A DNA stretch of 64,000 nucleotides from Chrysemys picta bellii (lineage: Eukaryota). The translations under genes and the position numbers were made by a program. Location: assembly GCF_011386835.1 (NCBI RefSeq), contig NC_088791.1, positions 352,284,001 to 352,348,000 of the forward strand, read 5' to 3'. This document shows positions 24,960 through 36,336 of the stretch, one piece after another. A model generated the notes under the pieces. The model was not told where the DNA came from and ran no database searches. It saw nothing but the letters and a program-made list of their open reading frames with translations. Each line of letters starts with the position of its first letter. Within the stretch, counting starts at the first letter, position 1.

Positions 24960-25620
24960 AGATTCAAATGATAGCACATTAGAAAATACAATCCCAACTA
25001 TAGATGCCAAATGATGGGATCTAAATTAGCTATTACCACTCAAGAAAGAACCCTTGTGTCATAACAGATAGTTATCTGAAAACATCTGTTCAGTGTGCAG
25101 TAGCAGTCAAAAAAGCTAACAGAATGTTAGGAACCATTAGGAAACGGAAGACATAATAATACCACTATATAAATAGCACACCATGAAAATGCCGTGTAGT
25201 TGTGGTTGTTTCATCTCAAAAAAGATATATTAGAAATGGAAAATGTACAAAGAAGGGCACCAAAATTATCAGACATGTGGAACAGCTTCCATCTGAGGAG
25301 AGATTAAAAATATGGCCTTTTCAGGTTGGAAAAGAGACAACTAAGAGGGAGTTCAAAAATTACTAGATAAGTTCATGGAAGATAGGTCCATCAGTGACTG
25401 TTAGCCAAGTTATTCACGGATGCAACCCCATGTTCATATTTCCCAAGCCTCTGACTGCCAGATGATGGGAGTGGATGACAGGAGATGAATTCCTCGATAA
25501 TAGCCCTGTTCTGTTCTTTCCCTCTGAAGTACATGGCATTGGCCCCTATCAGAAGACAGGGTACTGGACTAGTTGGATCATTGGTCTGACCGAGTATGGC
25601 CATTGTTACGTTGTTATCCG
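24960..25620 (+). mobile_element. CR1 3' end, inverted paralog of 2210-2915
   Basis: Same CR1 segment joined to the same Gypsy flank (actcggataacaacgtaacaatggcc vs actcagataagaacataagaatggcc). Confidence 0.8.
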
Positions 25621-26330
25621 AGTGTCCTTCTTCTTCTCTGGTTGCTGGATCTCATAGACGACAGGCCTACTTGCCTCACTACCTCAAATGGTCCCTGCCA
25701 TTGAACCAGTAATTTGAACAGCAAACTTGGTAACAGCAATAACACTCAATCACCCAGTCTGAACACTCACAGCTGGACCCTTTTTTATAGGCCTTCTCTT
25801 GTACCTACTGTGCATTTAGCAATACTTTTCTAGCAAACGCCCACAAAGTCTTCAAGTAATTACTTAACTGAAGAATGTATCAGACTATAATTTATTGCCT
25901 GGGGTCTTTGCTCTTCCATGCTTCTCCTGTCTGTCGGGAAAGCCTCGAGGCTGCTTCCCAGACAGCAGTTCAAAGAGAGAAAACTTGGAGGTTGTGGCAC
26001 CTTCCTGATAGCAAAAAGGAGGTGGAGGAAGTGTTAGTCCCAGCGTTTGGAATCCAATGCTACAAAGTTCTTTAATGTCACCCTCAAAGTTCTGTGATAT
26101 CGCTCTACCATCCCATCAGTTTGGGGATGGTAGATCTACGTTCTTAATGGAAATACTCTCAGTAAATCACACTGTTCTTTCATTAGTTGAAATGTGAAGT
26201 TAGGTCTTTGATCAATAAGGATTTCTTGTGATATTACCACCTGGGAGAGGAATTTCATAAGCTCATTTGCTCATTTGGCTCATAGTCAGAGTGCTAGAAC
26301 TATGCCTAGAGGTCAGTAAACCTGACTGGC
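25620..26330 (-). mobile_element. Gypsy (Gmr1-like) integrase remnant, inverted paralog of 1500-2208
   Basis: Reverse complement contains ttcctctcccaggtggtaat..aagaaatccttattgatcaa.gacctaacttcac, as at ~1590-1650. Confidence 0.8.
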
Positions 26331-27659
26331 TGCCTTTGTCTCCGAACCGTGCCTGTGGTCATTCTTTATGAGTAACATTGTAGGTCTGCTGAATTAGCAG
26401 GTTACCTTATTTACTAATACTGATAACACTGGAGCTCCAAGGACAGAAGCACTGAGCTGCCTGAAAAGCATTACTGAGCAACAACTTTCCAACCTTCAGT
26501 ACTTAACAACACCTAGCTGACACTCTGAACCCAGGGGTGAGTAACTATACTGTCTGGAGCCAGTCGGTGACTGTTGTTCCTCCTGCCCAAGGTATGGCTA
26601 CTGCCGCAATCTCTGCGGTTCCACTACTTCCCCATTCACACAGCAAGTTGTTTACAGGCATGGTTAAGGATAAGATTATGTCACGGAAGTCATGGATTCT
26701 CTGATTTTCAGAGACCTCCATGACATTTTTCACTTCACCCCGAGGCAGCAGAGTCAGAGCTGTCAGCTAGTGGAGGGGGACGAGCTATCAGCTGACATTG
26801 ATGGTCAAGGACCCAGCAGCTCTTAGCCACCTCGGGTGGCGGGTGAACCTAGATCTCTAAGTTGCTGCGGGTGGCAGAGGCACTCAGAGCTCCGAGCTGC
26901 CATGGGCAGTGGGGACCTCGGAACTCTGTGATGGTGTGGCTGTGGCAGGGGCTCCGGAGCTCTTACCTGCTGGGGTTGCAGTGGGGGGGCATAGAGCCGT
27001 TAGCCTTGGTTGCAGCAGATGCTGGACTCTCCCCCATTCCAAAGTGTGGTTCAGGCTCTCATCCTCCCAATGGGGCTTTAATATTCCCCTTGTCAGCTCC
27101 CCCAACCCCATTATTTTTTATAAAAAGTCACAGACAGGTCAGGGGCTTCCGTGAATTTTTGGTTATTACTGAATGAGCTGTCCGTGACTTTTACTAAAAA
27201 TAACCATAACAAAACCTTAAACTTAGGCATGACAGATCATCTGGTCTGATCCTCATCCCTGAATTATGTTGCGGGGCAGGATAGCCACTCCTCAATTGAA
27301 CATATTCTGGATGCTGTCAAGCGATGTGGTAGTTGCAGGCCCACTGACCTGGCTGGAAGTGTCCTCCACAGAATCATCTTTTCCAGCCCTATTCCTACCA
27401 AATCTGCTGGTTCTACAAATACTATCACCGGGGTATCGGCCTCCATCTTCTCATTCAGCTGGTGAAGTCATTCACAACTTCACTAAAGTGCTTCTAGTCC
27501 CTCCCGTATATCACCAGAAAGGACAGATTTTGGAAATAATTTCCCAATGAAGTTTATTAAGGTTTAGCACAACTAAGTTTCCACGCAACAATTCCTTTAT
27601 TAGTCCAAAGGGAACTTTGTGCTGATTATATCCAAAATACAAGCAGATACGCACTTATG

Positions 27660-28830
27660 TGTTATATCCTAGAAACAATGCAGATATATGCATTAACTAA
27701 ATACTCACAACAAGATCAGGCTTGGGAAATACCTTCCCAGTATCCTGTGCTCCGACAGCGATCAATGCCAGGTGCTTCAGAGGGAATGAACAGAAGAAGT
27801 AATCACCAAGTGATCCATCTCTTGTTGCCCCTTCCCAGCCTTCTGGCAAAGAGAGACTAGGGACACTTCAGAGCATGGTTTTGCATCCCTGCCCATTCTG
27901 GCTATTAGCAACTGATGGACCTATCCTCCATGAAGTCATTTACTTCTTTTTTGAATCCTGTTATAGTCTTAGCCTTTAAAACATCATCTGGCAAAGAGTT
28001 CCAAATGTTCATAGTGCATTATCTGAAGAACTACTTCCTTTTGTTCATTTTAAACCTTCTGTCTGTAAGTTTGGTTTGGCAACCCCTAATTCTTGTGTTA
28101 TCAGAAAGAGTAATTAACACTCCCTTATTTACTTTTTCCACACCAGTCATGATTTTATAGACCTCTCTCATACCTGCCTTAGTCGCCTCTTTTCCAACCT
28201 GAAAAGATCCAGTCTTATTGATCTCTTCTCATACGGAAGCTGTTCCATACCCCTAAAAAATTGTGTTGCTCTTTTCTGAACCTTTTCTAATTCCAATATA
28301 TCTTCTCTGAGATAGGGCGACCAGATCTGCATGCAATATTCCAGATGTGTGTGTACCATGGATTTACATTGAGGCAATATGATATTTTCTGTCTTATTAT
28401 CTATCCCTTTACTAATGATTCCAAACATTCTTTTAGCATTTTTGACTGTCGCTCCACAATAGAGAGGATAGGTAAGGAATTGTGTCCCTAGCCTCTGTTT
28501 GTCAGAGGGTGGTGTTGGGATGGCAGGAGAGAGATCACTTGATCATTACCTGTTAGGTTCACTCCCTCTGGGGCACCTGGCACTGGCCACTGTCGGTAGA
28601 CAGGATACTGGGCTAGATGGACCTTTGGTCTGACCCAGTGCGGCCATTCTTATGTTCTTATTGAGTGGAAGTTTTCAGAGAACTTCCACAATGACTCCAA
28701 GATCTCTTTCTGCAGTGGTAACAACTAATTTAGACACCATCATTTTATATGTGTAATTGAGATTTCGTTTAACAATGTGCATTACTTTGTATTTCTCAAC
28801 ATTGAATTTCATCTGCCATTTTGTTGCCCG
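27660..28830 (-). mobile_element. CR1 3' portion containing an opposite-strand CR1 3'UTR piece (~28480-28660)
   Basis: ORF 28168..28428 LEKVQKRATQFFRGMEQLPYEKR; 3'UTR-type sequence on both strands. Confidence 0.8.
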
Positions 28831-28834
28831 GTCA

Positions 28835-28975
28835 TCCATCCTTTGCAGCTAGAAGTACTAGTTTCTCAGCTATGTTGTGTGGCTTACCAGCTTCAGCAAT
28901 GCACAAAGCCACACAGTAAGAAGCCTCAGTAACCTTCATGTTAAGAGTGCTGTACACATCAAGAACTATTTTTGT
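28835..28975 (-). mobile_element. hAT (Charlie/Buster, SCAND3-like) transposase fragment
   Basis: Reads KVTEASYCVALCIAEAGKPHNIAEKLVLLAAKD, matching the family motif EASYxVAxxIAKxGKPHTIGExLxxPA. Confidence 0.7.
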
Positions 28976-28984
28976 ATCCTGGTA

Positions 28985-29915
28985 AATCATTAATGATCTG
29001 GATGATGGGGTGAATTGCACCCTCAGCAAGTTTGTGGATGACACTAAGGTGTGCGTAGAGGTAGATATGCTGAAGGGATAGGGTCCAGAGTGAACTAGAC
29101 ATATTGGAGGATTGGGCCAAAAGAAATCTGATGAGATTCAACAAGGACAAGTGCAGAGTCCTGCACTTAGGATGGAAGAATCCAATGCACTGCTACAGGC
29201 TGCGGACCAACTGGCTAAGCACCAGTTCTGCAGAAAAGGACCTGGGGATTACAGTGGATGAGAGGCTGGATATGAGTCAGCAGGGTGCCCTTGTTGCCAA
29301 GAAGGCTAACGGCATTTGGCCTGCATTAGTAGTGGCATTGCCAGCAGATTGAGGGAAGTGATTATTCTATTCAGCACTGGTGAGGCCACATATGGAGTAT
29401 TGTGTCCAGTTTTGGTCCCCCCACTACAGAAAGGATGTGGACAAATTATAGAGAGTCCAGCAGAGGGAAACAAAAATTATTAGGAGGCTGATGCACATGA
29501 CTTATGAAAAGAGTCTGAGGGAAGTGGGCTTATTTAATCTGCAGAAAAGAAGAGTTGCTGGGTGGGAATTTGATAGCAGCCTTCAACTACCTGAAGGGGG
29601 ATTCCAAAGAGGATGGAGCTCGGCTGTTCTCAGTCGTGGCAGATGACAGAATAAGGAGCAGTGGTCTCAAGTTGCACTGGGGGAAGTTGAGGTTGGATAT
29701 TAGGAAACACCATTTCACTAGGAGCGTGGTGAAGCACTGGAATAAGTTACCTAGAGAGGTGGTTGAATCTCCATCTTGAGAGGTTTTTAAGGCCTGGCTT
29801 GACAAAGCCCTGGCTGGGATGATTTAGTTGGGGTTGGTTCTGCACTGAGCAGGGGGTTGGACTAGATGACCTCTTGAAGTCTCTTCCAACCCTAATCTTC
29901 TATGATTATATGATT
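28985..29915 (+). mobile_element. CR1 3' portion
   Basis: [20 protein letters not shown]...; [10 protein letters not shown]...; ends ttctatgattatatga. Confidence 0.9.
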
Positions 29916-30859
29916 ATATGATACAATCTATTTAGCATTTTAGGCTTAGTTTGTGGTTTTGTTTATTTGCTAGGTAATTTGCTTTGATGTATTTGCTAGC
30001 ACTTATAATCACTGACAATCCATCTTTCTGTACTTAAACTTGTTTTTTGCTTTATCTAAACCAGTGTGCCTTTGAGTCATGTGTTAGGGAAAATCTCAGG
30101 TTGGTTCACACAGGCTTGTTGCATATCCTCCTCACATCAAAGGTAGGGTGAACTCTGTTAATGAGCTTACATTGTACAGATCCTTGTGCAGTGCAAGACA
30201 GTGTATTTTTGGATTTATACTCTAGTGGGGGAGGAGCCTGGGGAGAAGGGAAATGAGCTGGTGTTTGCTGTTTCTATTTGGGTGGCTTAAGTAAGACCTC
30301 AAGTAACTCAGTTGGGTGTGTGGTGCCATCTTCTCTTGTGTTGGGTGATAACATGGTTGGAAGATGGAGAATCACTAACAAAGAATGAAAACAGGCCAGC
30401 TCAGCTGGATGGTTAAGGGCTGCTGCAGTTCTCACTGCTCTCAGACTGCATCCCAGGGGTGACAACTCATCACTCTGGAGCCCAAATTAGGTCTCCCAGG
30501 CACCTATGACACAAGCATGGTGGAAGGACAGTAGCCAGAACAAAAGATCCAGATATAGCAGTAGTTTGATTCCTTTACCACTGTGTTCTCACCCCAGCAG
30601 GGCTACCATCCCTAAATGGCCCCATGGCAACAGATCAGGGAAACTCTGTGGCTGTTCCCTCTTAAAATGTGGGTTACCATGTGAGATGAAGAGTGTGTGG
30701 AGCGGGCCCATGGTACTAGTTCTGACATAGCATAGCACATCCTGTTTCTGCATTGATTTCTGAAAGATCGACACAGTACTGAAATTGTATGCTTACCCAA
30801 TGCATAGAGCAGATTAACTATAAGAACAACTGGGAGCTGCCAGATAAATATCCACTTTA

Positions 30860-31695
30860 GACCTCACAAAGTGATACTAGCAAATACCTTTGACGCCAGA
30901 ATGCTGGGAGAAGAAAGCCTTTTCTATGCTCTTCTTCTTACATCAGTATAGGATCACTTAACTTCACCTCCACATGGTGGCAGTCACTCTTCAGAGGTTA
31001 ATCGACTGGATATTACAACTGCATGGACAGTATGCAGCGGTACACTGCTACGATCAATTGAAAATGGTTTTTGGTCCCATATCTTGTGGTACCATTCCAC
31101 ACATAGTACAGATGGCAGTACACTACACAAAGAAAAGAAAGCCATCATCAGTTGCTAGGCTGAACAGTCTGCAAGACTCAGTTTAAACTGAAAATCTGAG
31201 CCCCTGGTATTGGTGAATCATTTCTTCACTCCCAGGGGAGGCTCTCAACCTGAAGTTCTCCAGTGTCTATTTTCTGCTATTCCTGCTGCTCACAGAGCCA
31301 AGGGAATTGTCCCTGAATCCTAGCTAACCTGAGAGTCCACGGGGACTGTACAGATCAACCATAAAGGTTGCTGCTAAGGACACCAAATGTCACACATGTG
31401 AGATTGAAACACTGATTCTCAGGGCTGTGCCTTCCTGTCACAGTAAGGAGATTTCCTCTTTCCGCTCAGCAGGATTGAGGTGAGTTTCCTCTTTCTGCAT
31501 TAAAGTTAGTAAGGGCTTAGGAAGGGTTACGGGGTTCAAGTCAAGAACCATTTGGCAGGAATTTACCAGCACAGCAACTTCAACTATTTAGTATTGTCAG
31601 AAACATGAGCAGATTTACCTGGGTAAAATTCGAACTACAAATATGTTGGAAATAGTTTAGACAATAGTTGTTTTTAAGATCTGTTCCTTGTGCCT
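30860..31695 (+). mobile_element. Gypsy (Gmr1-like) RT remnant, copy 3
   Basis: Direct paralog of 16080-16920 (gcaaatacctttga..ccagaatgctgggagaagaaagcc); truncated by Penelope. Confidence 0.8.
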
Positions 31696-31699
31696 TACT

Positions 31700-34315
31700 A
31701 AAAGAACAGGAGTACTTGTGGCACCGTAGAGACTAACAAATTTATTTGAGCATAAGCTTCGTGGGCTACATCCCACTTCTTCGGATGCATAGAATGGAAC
31801 ATATATTGAGGAGATATATAGACACACACATACAGAGAGCATGAACAGGTGGGAGTTGTCTTACCAACTCTGAGAGGCCAATTAAGTAAGAGAAAAAAAA
31901 CTTTTGAAGTGATAAACAAGATAGCCCAGTACAGACAGGTTGATAAGAAGTGTGAGAGTACTTACATGGGGAGATAGATTCAATGTTTGTAATGGCTCAG
32001 CCATTCCCAGTCTTTATTCAAACCTAAATTGATTGTGTCTAATTTGCATATCAATTTGAGTTCAGCAGTTTCTCGTTGGAGTCTGTTTTTGAAGCTTTTC
32101 TGTTGTAAAATAGCCAACCGCAGGTCTGTCATTGAATGGCCAGACAGGTTAAAGTGTTCTCCCACTGTTTTTTGAGTATTATGATTCCTGATGTCAGATT
32201 TGTGTCCATTAATTCTTTTGCGTAGAGACTGTCCAGTTTGGCCAATATACATGGCAGGGGGCATTGCTGGCACATGATGGCATGTATCACATTGGTAGAT
32301 GTGCAGGTGAACGAGCCCCTGATGTTATGGCTGATGTGATTAGGTTGTATGATGATGTCACTTGAATAGATATGTGGACAGAATTGGCATCGGGCTTTGT
32401 TGCAAGGATAGGTTCCTGGGTTAGTGTTTTTGTTCAGTGATGTGTGGTTGCTGGTGAGTATTTGCTTCAGGTTGGGGGATTGTCTGTAAGCGAGGACAGG
32501 TCTGTGTCCCAAGATCTGTGAGAATGAGGGATCATCTTTCAGGATAGGTTGTAGATCTTTGATGCTGCGCTGGAGAGGTTTTAGTTAGGGGCTGAAGGTG
32601 ACAGCTAGTGGTGTTCTGTTATTTTCTTTGTTGGGCCTGTCTTGTAGGAGGTGACTTCTGGGTACTCGTCTGGCTCTGTCAATCTGTTTTTTCACTTCAG
32701 CAGGTGGGTATTGTAGTTTTAAGAATGCTTGATAGAGATCTTGTAGGTGCTTGTCTCTGTCTGAGGGATTGGAGCAAATGCGGTTGTATCTTAGAGCTTG
32801 GCTGTAGACAATGGATCTTGTGGTGTGTCCTGGATGGAAGCTAGAGGCATGTAGGTAAGTATAGCGGTCAGTAGGTTTCCGGTATAGAGTGGTATTTATG
32901 TGACCATCGCTTATTAGCACAGTAGTGTCCAGGAAATGGACCGCTTGTGTGGATTGATCTAGGCTGAGATTAATGGTGGGATGGAAATTATTGAAATCAT
33001 GGTAGAATTCCTCAAGGGCTTCCGTTCTATGGGTCCAGATGATGAAGGTGTCATCGATGTAGCGCAAGTGGAGTAGGGGCGTTAGCGGACGAGAGCTAAG
33101 GGAGCGTTATTCTAAGTTAGCCATAAAAATGTTGGCATACTGTGGGGGCCATGCAGGTACCCATAGCAGTGCCACTGACTTGAAGGTATATATTGTCCCC
33201 AAATGTGAAATAGTTGTTGGTGAGGACAAAGTCACAAAGTTCAGCCACCAGGTTAGCTGTGACATTATCAGGGATACTGTTCCTGATAGCTTGTAGTCCA
33301 TCTTTGTGTGGAATATTGGTGTAGAGGGCTTCTACATCCATAGTGGCCAGGATGGTGTTTTCTGGAAGATCACCGATGAATTGTAGTTTCCTCAGGAAAT
33401 CAATGGTGTCTCGAAGATAGCTGGGAGTGCTGGTAGCGTAGGGCCTGAGGAGAGAGTCCACATAGCCAGACAATCCTGATGTTAGGGTGCCAATGCCTGA
33501 GATGATGGGGCATCCAGGATTTCCAGGTTTATGGATCTTGGGTAGCAAATAGAATACCCCTGGTCGTGGTTCTAGGCATGTGTCTGTACAGATTTGTTCC
33601 TGTGCTCTGTAAGGGAGTTTTTTTAGCAGATGGTGTAGTTTCTTTAGGTAATCCTCAGTGGGATCAGAGGATAATGGCCTGTAGAATGTGGTGTTAGAGA
33701 GCTGTCTAGCAGCCTCTTGGTCGTAATCCAATTTATTCATGATGTCGACAGCACCTCCTTTGTCAGCCTTTTTAATTATGATGTCAGGGTTGTTCCTGAG
33801 GCTGTAGTTGGTGTTGTGTTCAGCATGGCTGAAGTTGTGGGGCAAGTGATGTTGCTTTTCCACAATTTCAGCCTTTGCATGTTGACGGAAGCAATCTATG
33901 TAGAAATCCAGTCTGTTGTTTCGACCATCCGGAGGAGTCCACGCAGAATCCTTTTTTTTTTTTTGTAGTGCTGGTAGGGGGGATTCTGTGGGTTAGTATG
34001 CTGTTCAGAGTTATGTTGGAAATATTCTTTGAGTCGGAGACGTCGAAAGTAGGATTCTAGGTCACCGCAGAACTGTATCATGTTCGTGGGTCTGGAGGGA
34101 CAAAAGGAGAGGCCTCGAGATAGGACAGACTCTTCTGCTGGGCTAAGAGTATAGCTGGAAAGATTAACAATATTGTTGGGTGGGTTAAGGGAACTACTGT
34201 TGTGGCTCCTTGTGGCATGTAGCAGTTTAGATAGTTTAGTGTCCTTTTTCCTTTGTAGAGAGGCAAAGTTTGTGTTGGAAATGGCTTGTCTAGTTTTTGT
34301 AAAATCAATCCATGA
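31700..34315 (-). mobile_element. Long Penelope-like element (family A): N-terminal region, RT and GIY-YIG, fragmented
   Basis: ORFs KADKGGAVDIM, YLLPKIHKPGNPGCPIIS, LATMDVEALYTNIPH, GTAMGT, RYIDDTFIIW, LYRKPTDR, YIGQTGQSLRKR; several frameshifts and stops. Confidence 0.95.
31750..31788 (-). ncRNA. Degenerate hammerhead-like motif (GAAA reduced to GAA)
   Basis: Minus strand GCAU-CCGAAGA-A-GUGGGAUGUAGCCCAC-GAAGCUU-AUGC; one core A missing relative to the other copies. Confidence 0.5.
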
Positions 34316-34470
34316 GGATCCTGTGGCACCTTTAAGACTAACAGAAGTATTGGGAGCATAAGCTTTCATGGGTAAGAACCTCACTTCTTCAGATGCCACC
34401 CACGAAAGCTTATGCTCCCAATACTTCTGTTAGTCTTAAAGGTGCCACAGGACCCTCTGTTGCTTTTTAC
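34316..34470. mobile_element. Penelope family B hairpin; hammerhead-like motif at 34356-34396 (-)
   Basis: Inverted arms at 34316-34373 and 34398-34454; minus strand GCAU-CUGAAGA-A-GUGAGGUUCUUACCCAU-GAA-AGCU-U-AUGC. Confidence 0.85.
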
Positions 34471-35397
34471 AAACCCTTCATGATTCTTAAATAGTTCATG
34501 GCCTCAACTACCGCTTGTGGCAATGAGTTCCTCAGTCTAATTAGGCATTCAGTGAAGAAAGCATCATTTTTATCTGTTTTGAATTTGCCATGTTGCAGTT
34601 TAATTGAATGTCCTCTTGATCTTGTGTTATGAGTCAGGAAGACCATATTTTCAATCTACGCTACTCTCTACCAGTCAGTATTTTATAGACTTTTCTCATC
34701 TTGTCTCTAATTCTTTTCTTTTGTAAGGTACCAATCCCAGTCTTTTCAATCTCTCTCCATGTAAGAGTTTTCCCAGATCATTGATCTTTCCCCTTGAATA
34801 AGCTCCTGTTCTGCAACAAGTTCTGCAACATCCTGTGTGAAAAGGGAGTGCAGAACTACACAGAGGTGTACAGAGGAGGGTGAAACATTGACTGACTGAT
34901 CTCATGGCATTTCATTTTCTGTATGATTTCCCAACCCACTACTCCTGGATCCTAATGTTTTGCTTAATTTTTTTCTGTGCTTTGACTTTGAGCAGGGTTT
35001 CACAGAGCTGTGTACCAAGATGCACAGGTCCCGGTCCTGAGTTCATACAGTTGAATTAGAAGCTTGTTAGGTGTTTGAGGACTTCAAATTTTTCCCTCCA
35101 ATGCGCATGCATTTTATAGTTATTACCATCAAAATGCATCTGCCAACATGCGGCCCATTCACCTGTCTTACTGAGCTCCCTCTAAGGACTTCTCTAGACT
35201 TGACTATGACTAAAATAAACAGGTGCAATCTGCAAATATTGCCACCTCACTCCTCACCCCCCCTTTCTAGATTGTTAGTAAGTATAAAATATTTACCATG
35301 CTATTTCTTATAAAGAGTGTTACACCCCTCGCTGTGCTTCTCTCCCTTCACAGGTAGCTTGAGCATTTCTGAGCTCGATTGATGCATCAACAACCTC

Positions 35398-36336
35398 ATG
35401 GCTGTTTTCAACCTCACCCCTTCTGACTCTTCAACATTCATCCTAACGGGCATCCCAGGCCTGGAAGCTGCTCACGTCTGGATTTCCATCCCTTTCTCTA
35501 TGTTCTACCTTATTGGCCTGTTGGGAAATTTCACAGTTCTGTTTGTTGTAGGGAAAGAGCAGACCCTACACAAGCCGATGTACCTCCTGCTCTGCATGCT
35601 GGCGCTCACAGAAATCATTACGTCTACCTCCGTCGTGCCGAAGGCACTGTGTATATTTTGGTTCAATTTGAAAGGCATTACTGTGGCTGGCTGCCTCACC
35701 CAGATGTTCTTCCTTCACATGGGTTCTATGATGCACTCAGCTGTCCTTGTGACAATGGCCTTTGATCGCTACGTCGCCATATGTAACCCTCTGAGATATG
35801 ACACCATCCTCACTAATGCACGAATAGCTAAGCTAGGGCTAGTGGGTTTGATAAGAACCATTCTCTTCATTCTGCCTCTTCCCCTGCTCCTGATCAGGCA
35901 GCCATTCTGTGCCAACCGCATTATCCCCCACACGTACTGTGACCACATGGCTGTGGCAAAGATGTCATGTGGGGACATCACAGTGAACAGGACATACGGA
36001 TTGGTGATGGCATTTGTAGTCATTGGGTTAGATCTCACACTGGTTGCCCTGTCCTATTGTCTAATCATCAGAGCTGTCCTCAGAATCTCCTCCAAGAGAG
36101 ACCACCAGAAAGCCCTGAACACCTGCACAGCCCACATCGGTGTGATGCTGATGTCATATCCTTCCTTCTTCTTCTCCACTCTGACATACCGGTTTGGTCA
36201 GGGCATCGCTCCCCACATTCACGTCATTTTGGCCAACCTCTATTTGCTTCTCCCCCCTATGCTTGACCCTGTCATTTATGGTGTCAAAACCAAAGAGCTT
36301 CGTGACAAAGTCGGCAAGTACACCTACAGAAGGTGA
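35398..36336 (+). CDS. Class I olfactory receptor, OR52-like (312 aa), intact
   Basis: LHKPMY, MAFDRYVAICNPLRY, KALNTCTAH, PPMLDPVIYGVKTKELR; acceptor cacag at 35349-35353. Confidence 0.95.
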   Translation: MAVFNLTPSDSSTFILTGIPGLEAAHVWISIPFSMFYLIGLLGNFTVLFVVGKEQTLHKPMYLLLCMLALTEIITSTSVVPKALCIFWFNLKGITVAGCLTQMFFLHMGSMMHSAVLVTMAFDRYVAICNPLRYDTILTNARIAKLGLVGLIRTILFILPLPLLLIRQPFCANRIIPHTYCDHMAVAKMSCGDITVNRTYGLVMAFVVIGLDLTLVALSYCLIIRAVLRISSKRDHQKALNTCTAHIGVMLMSYPSFFFSTLTYRFGQGIAPHIHVILANLYLLLPPMLDPVIYGVKTKELRDKVGKYTYRR

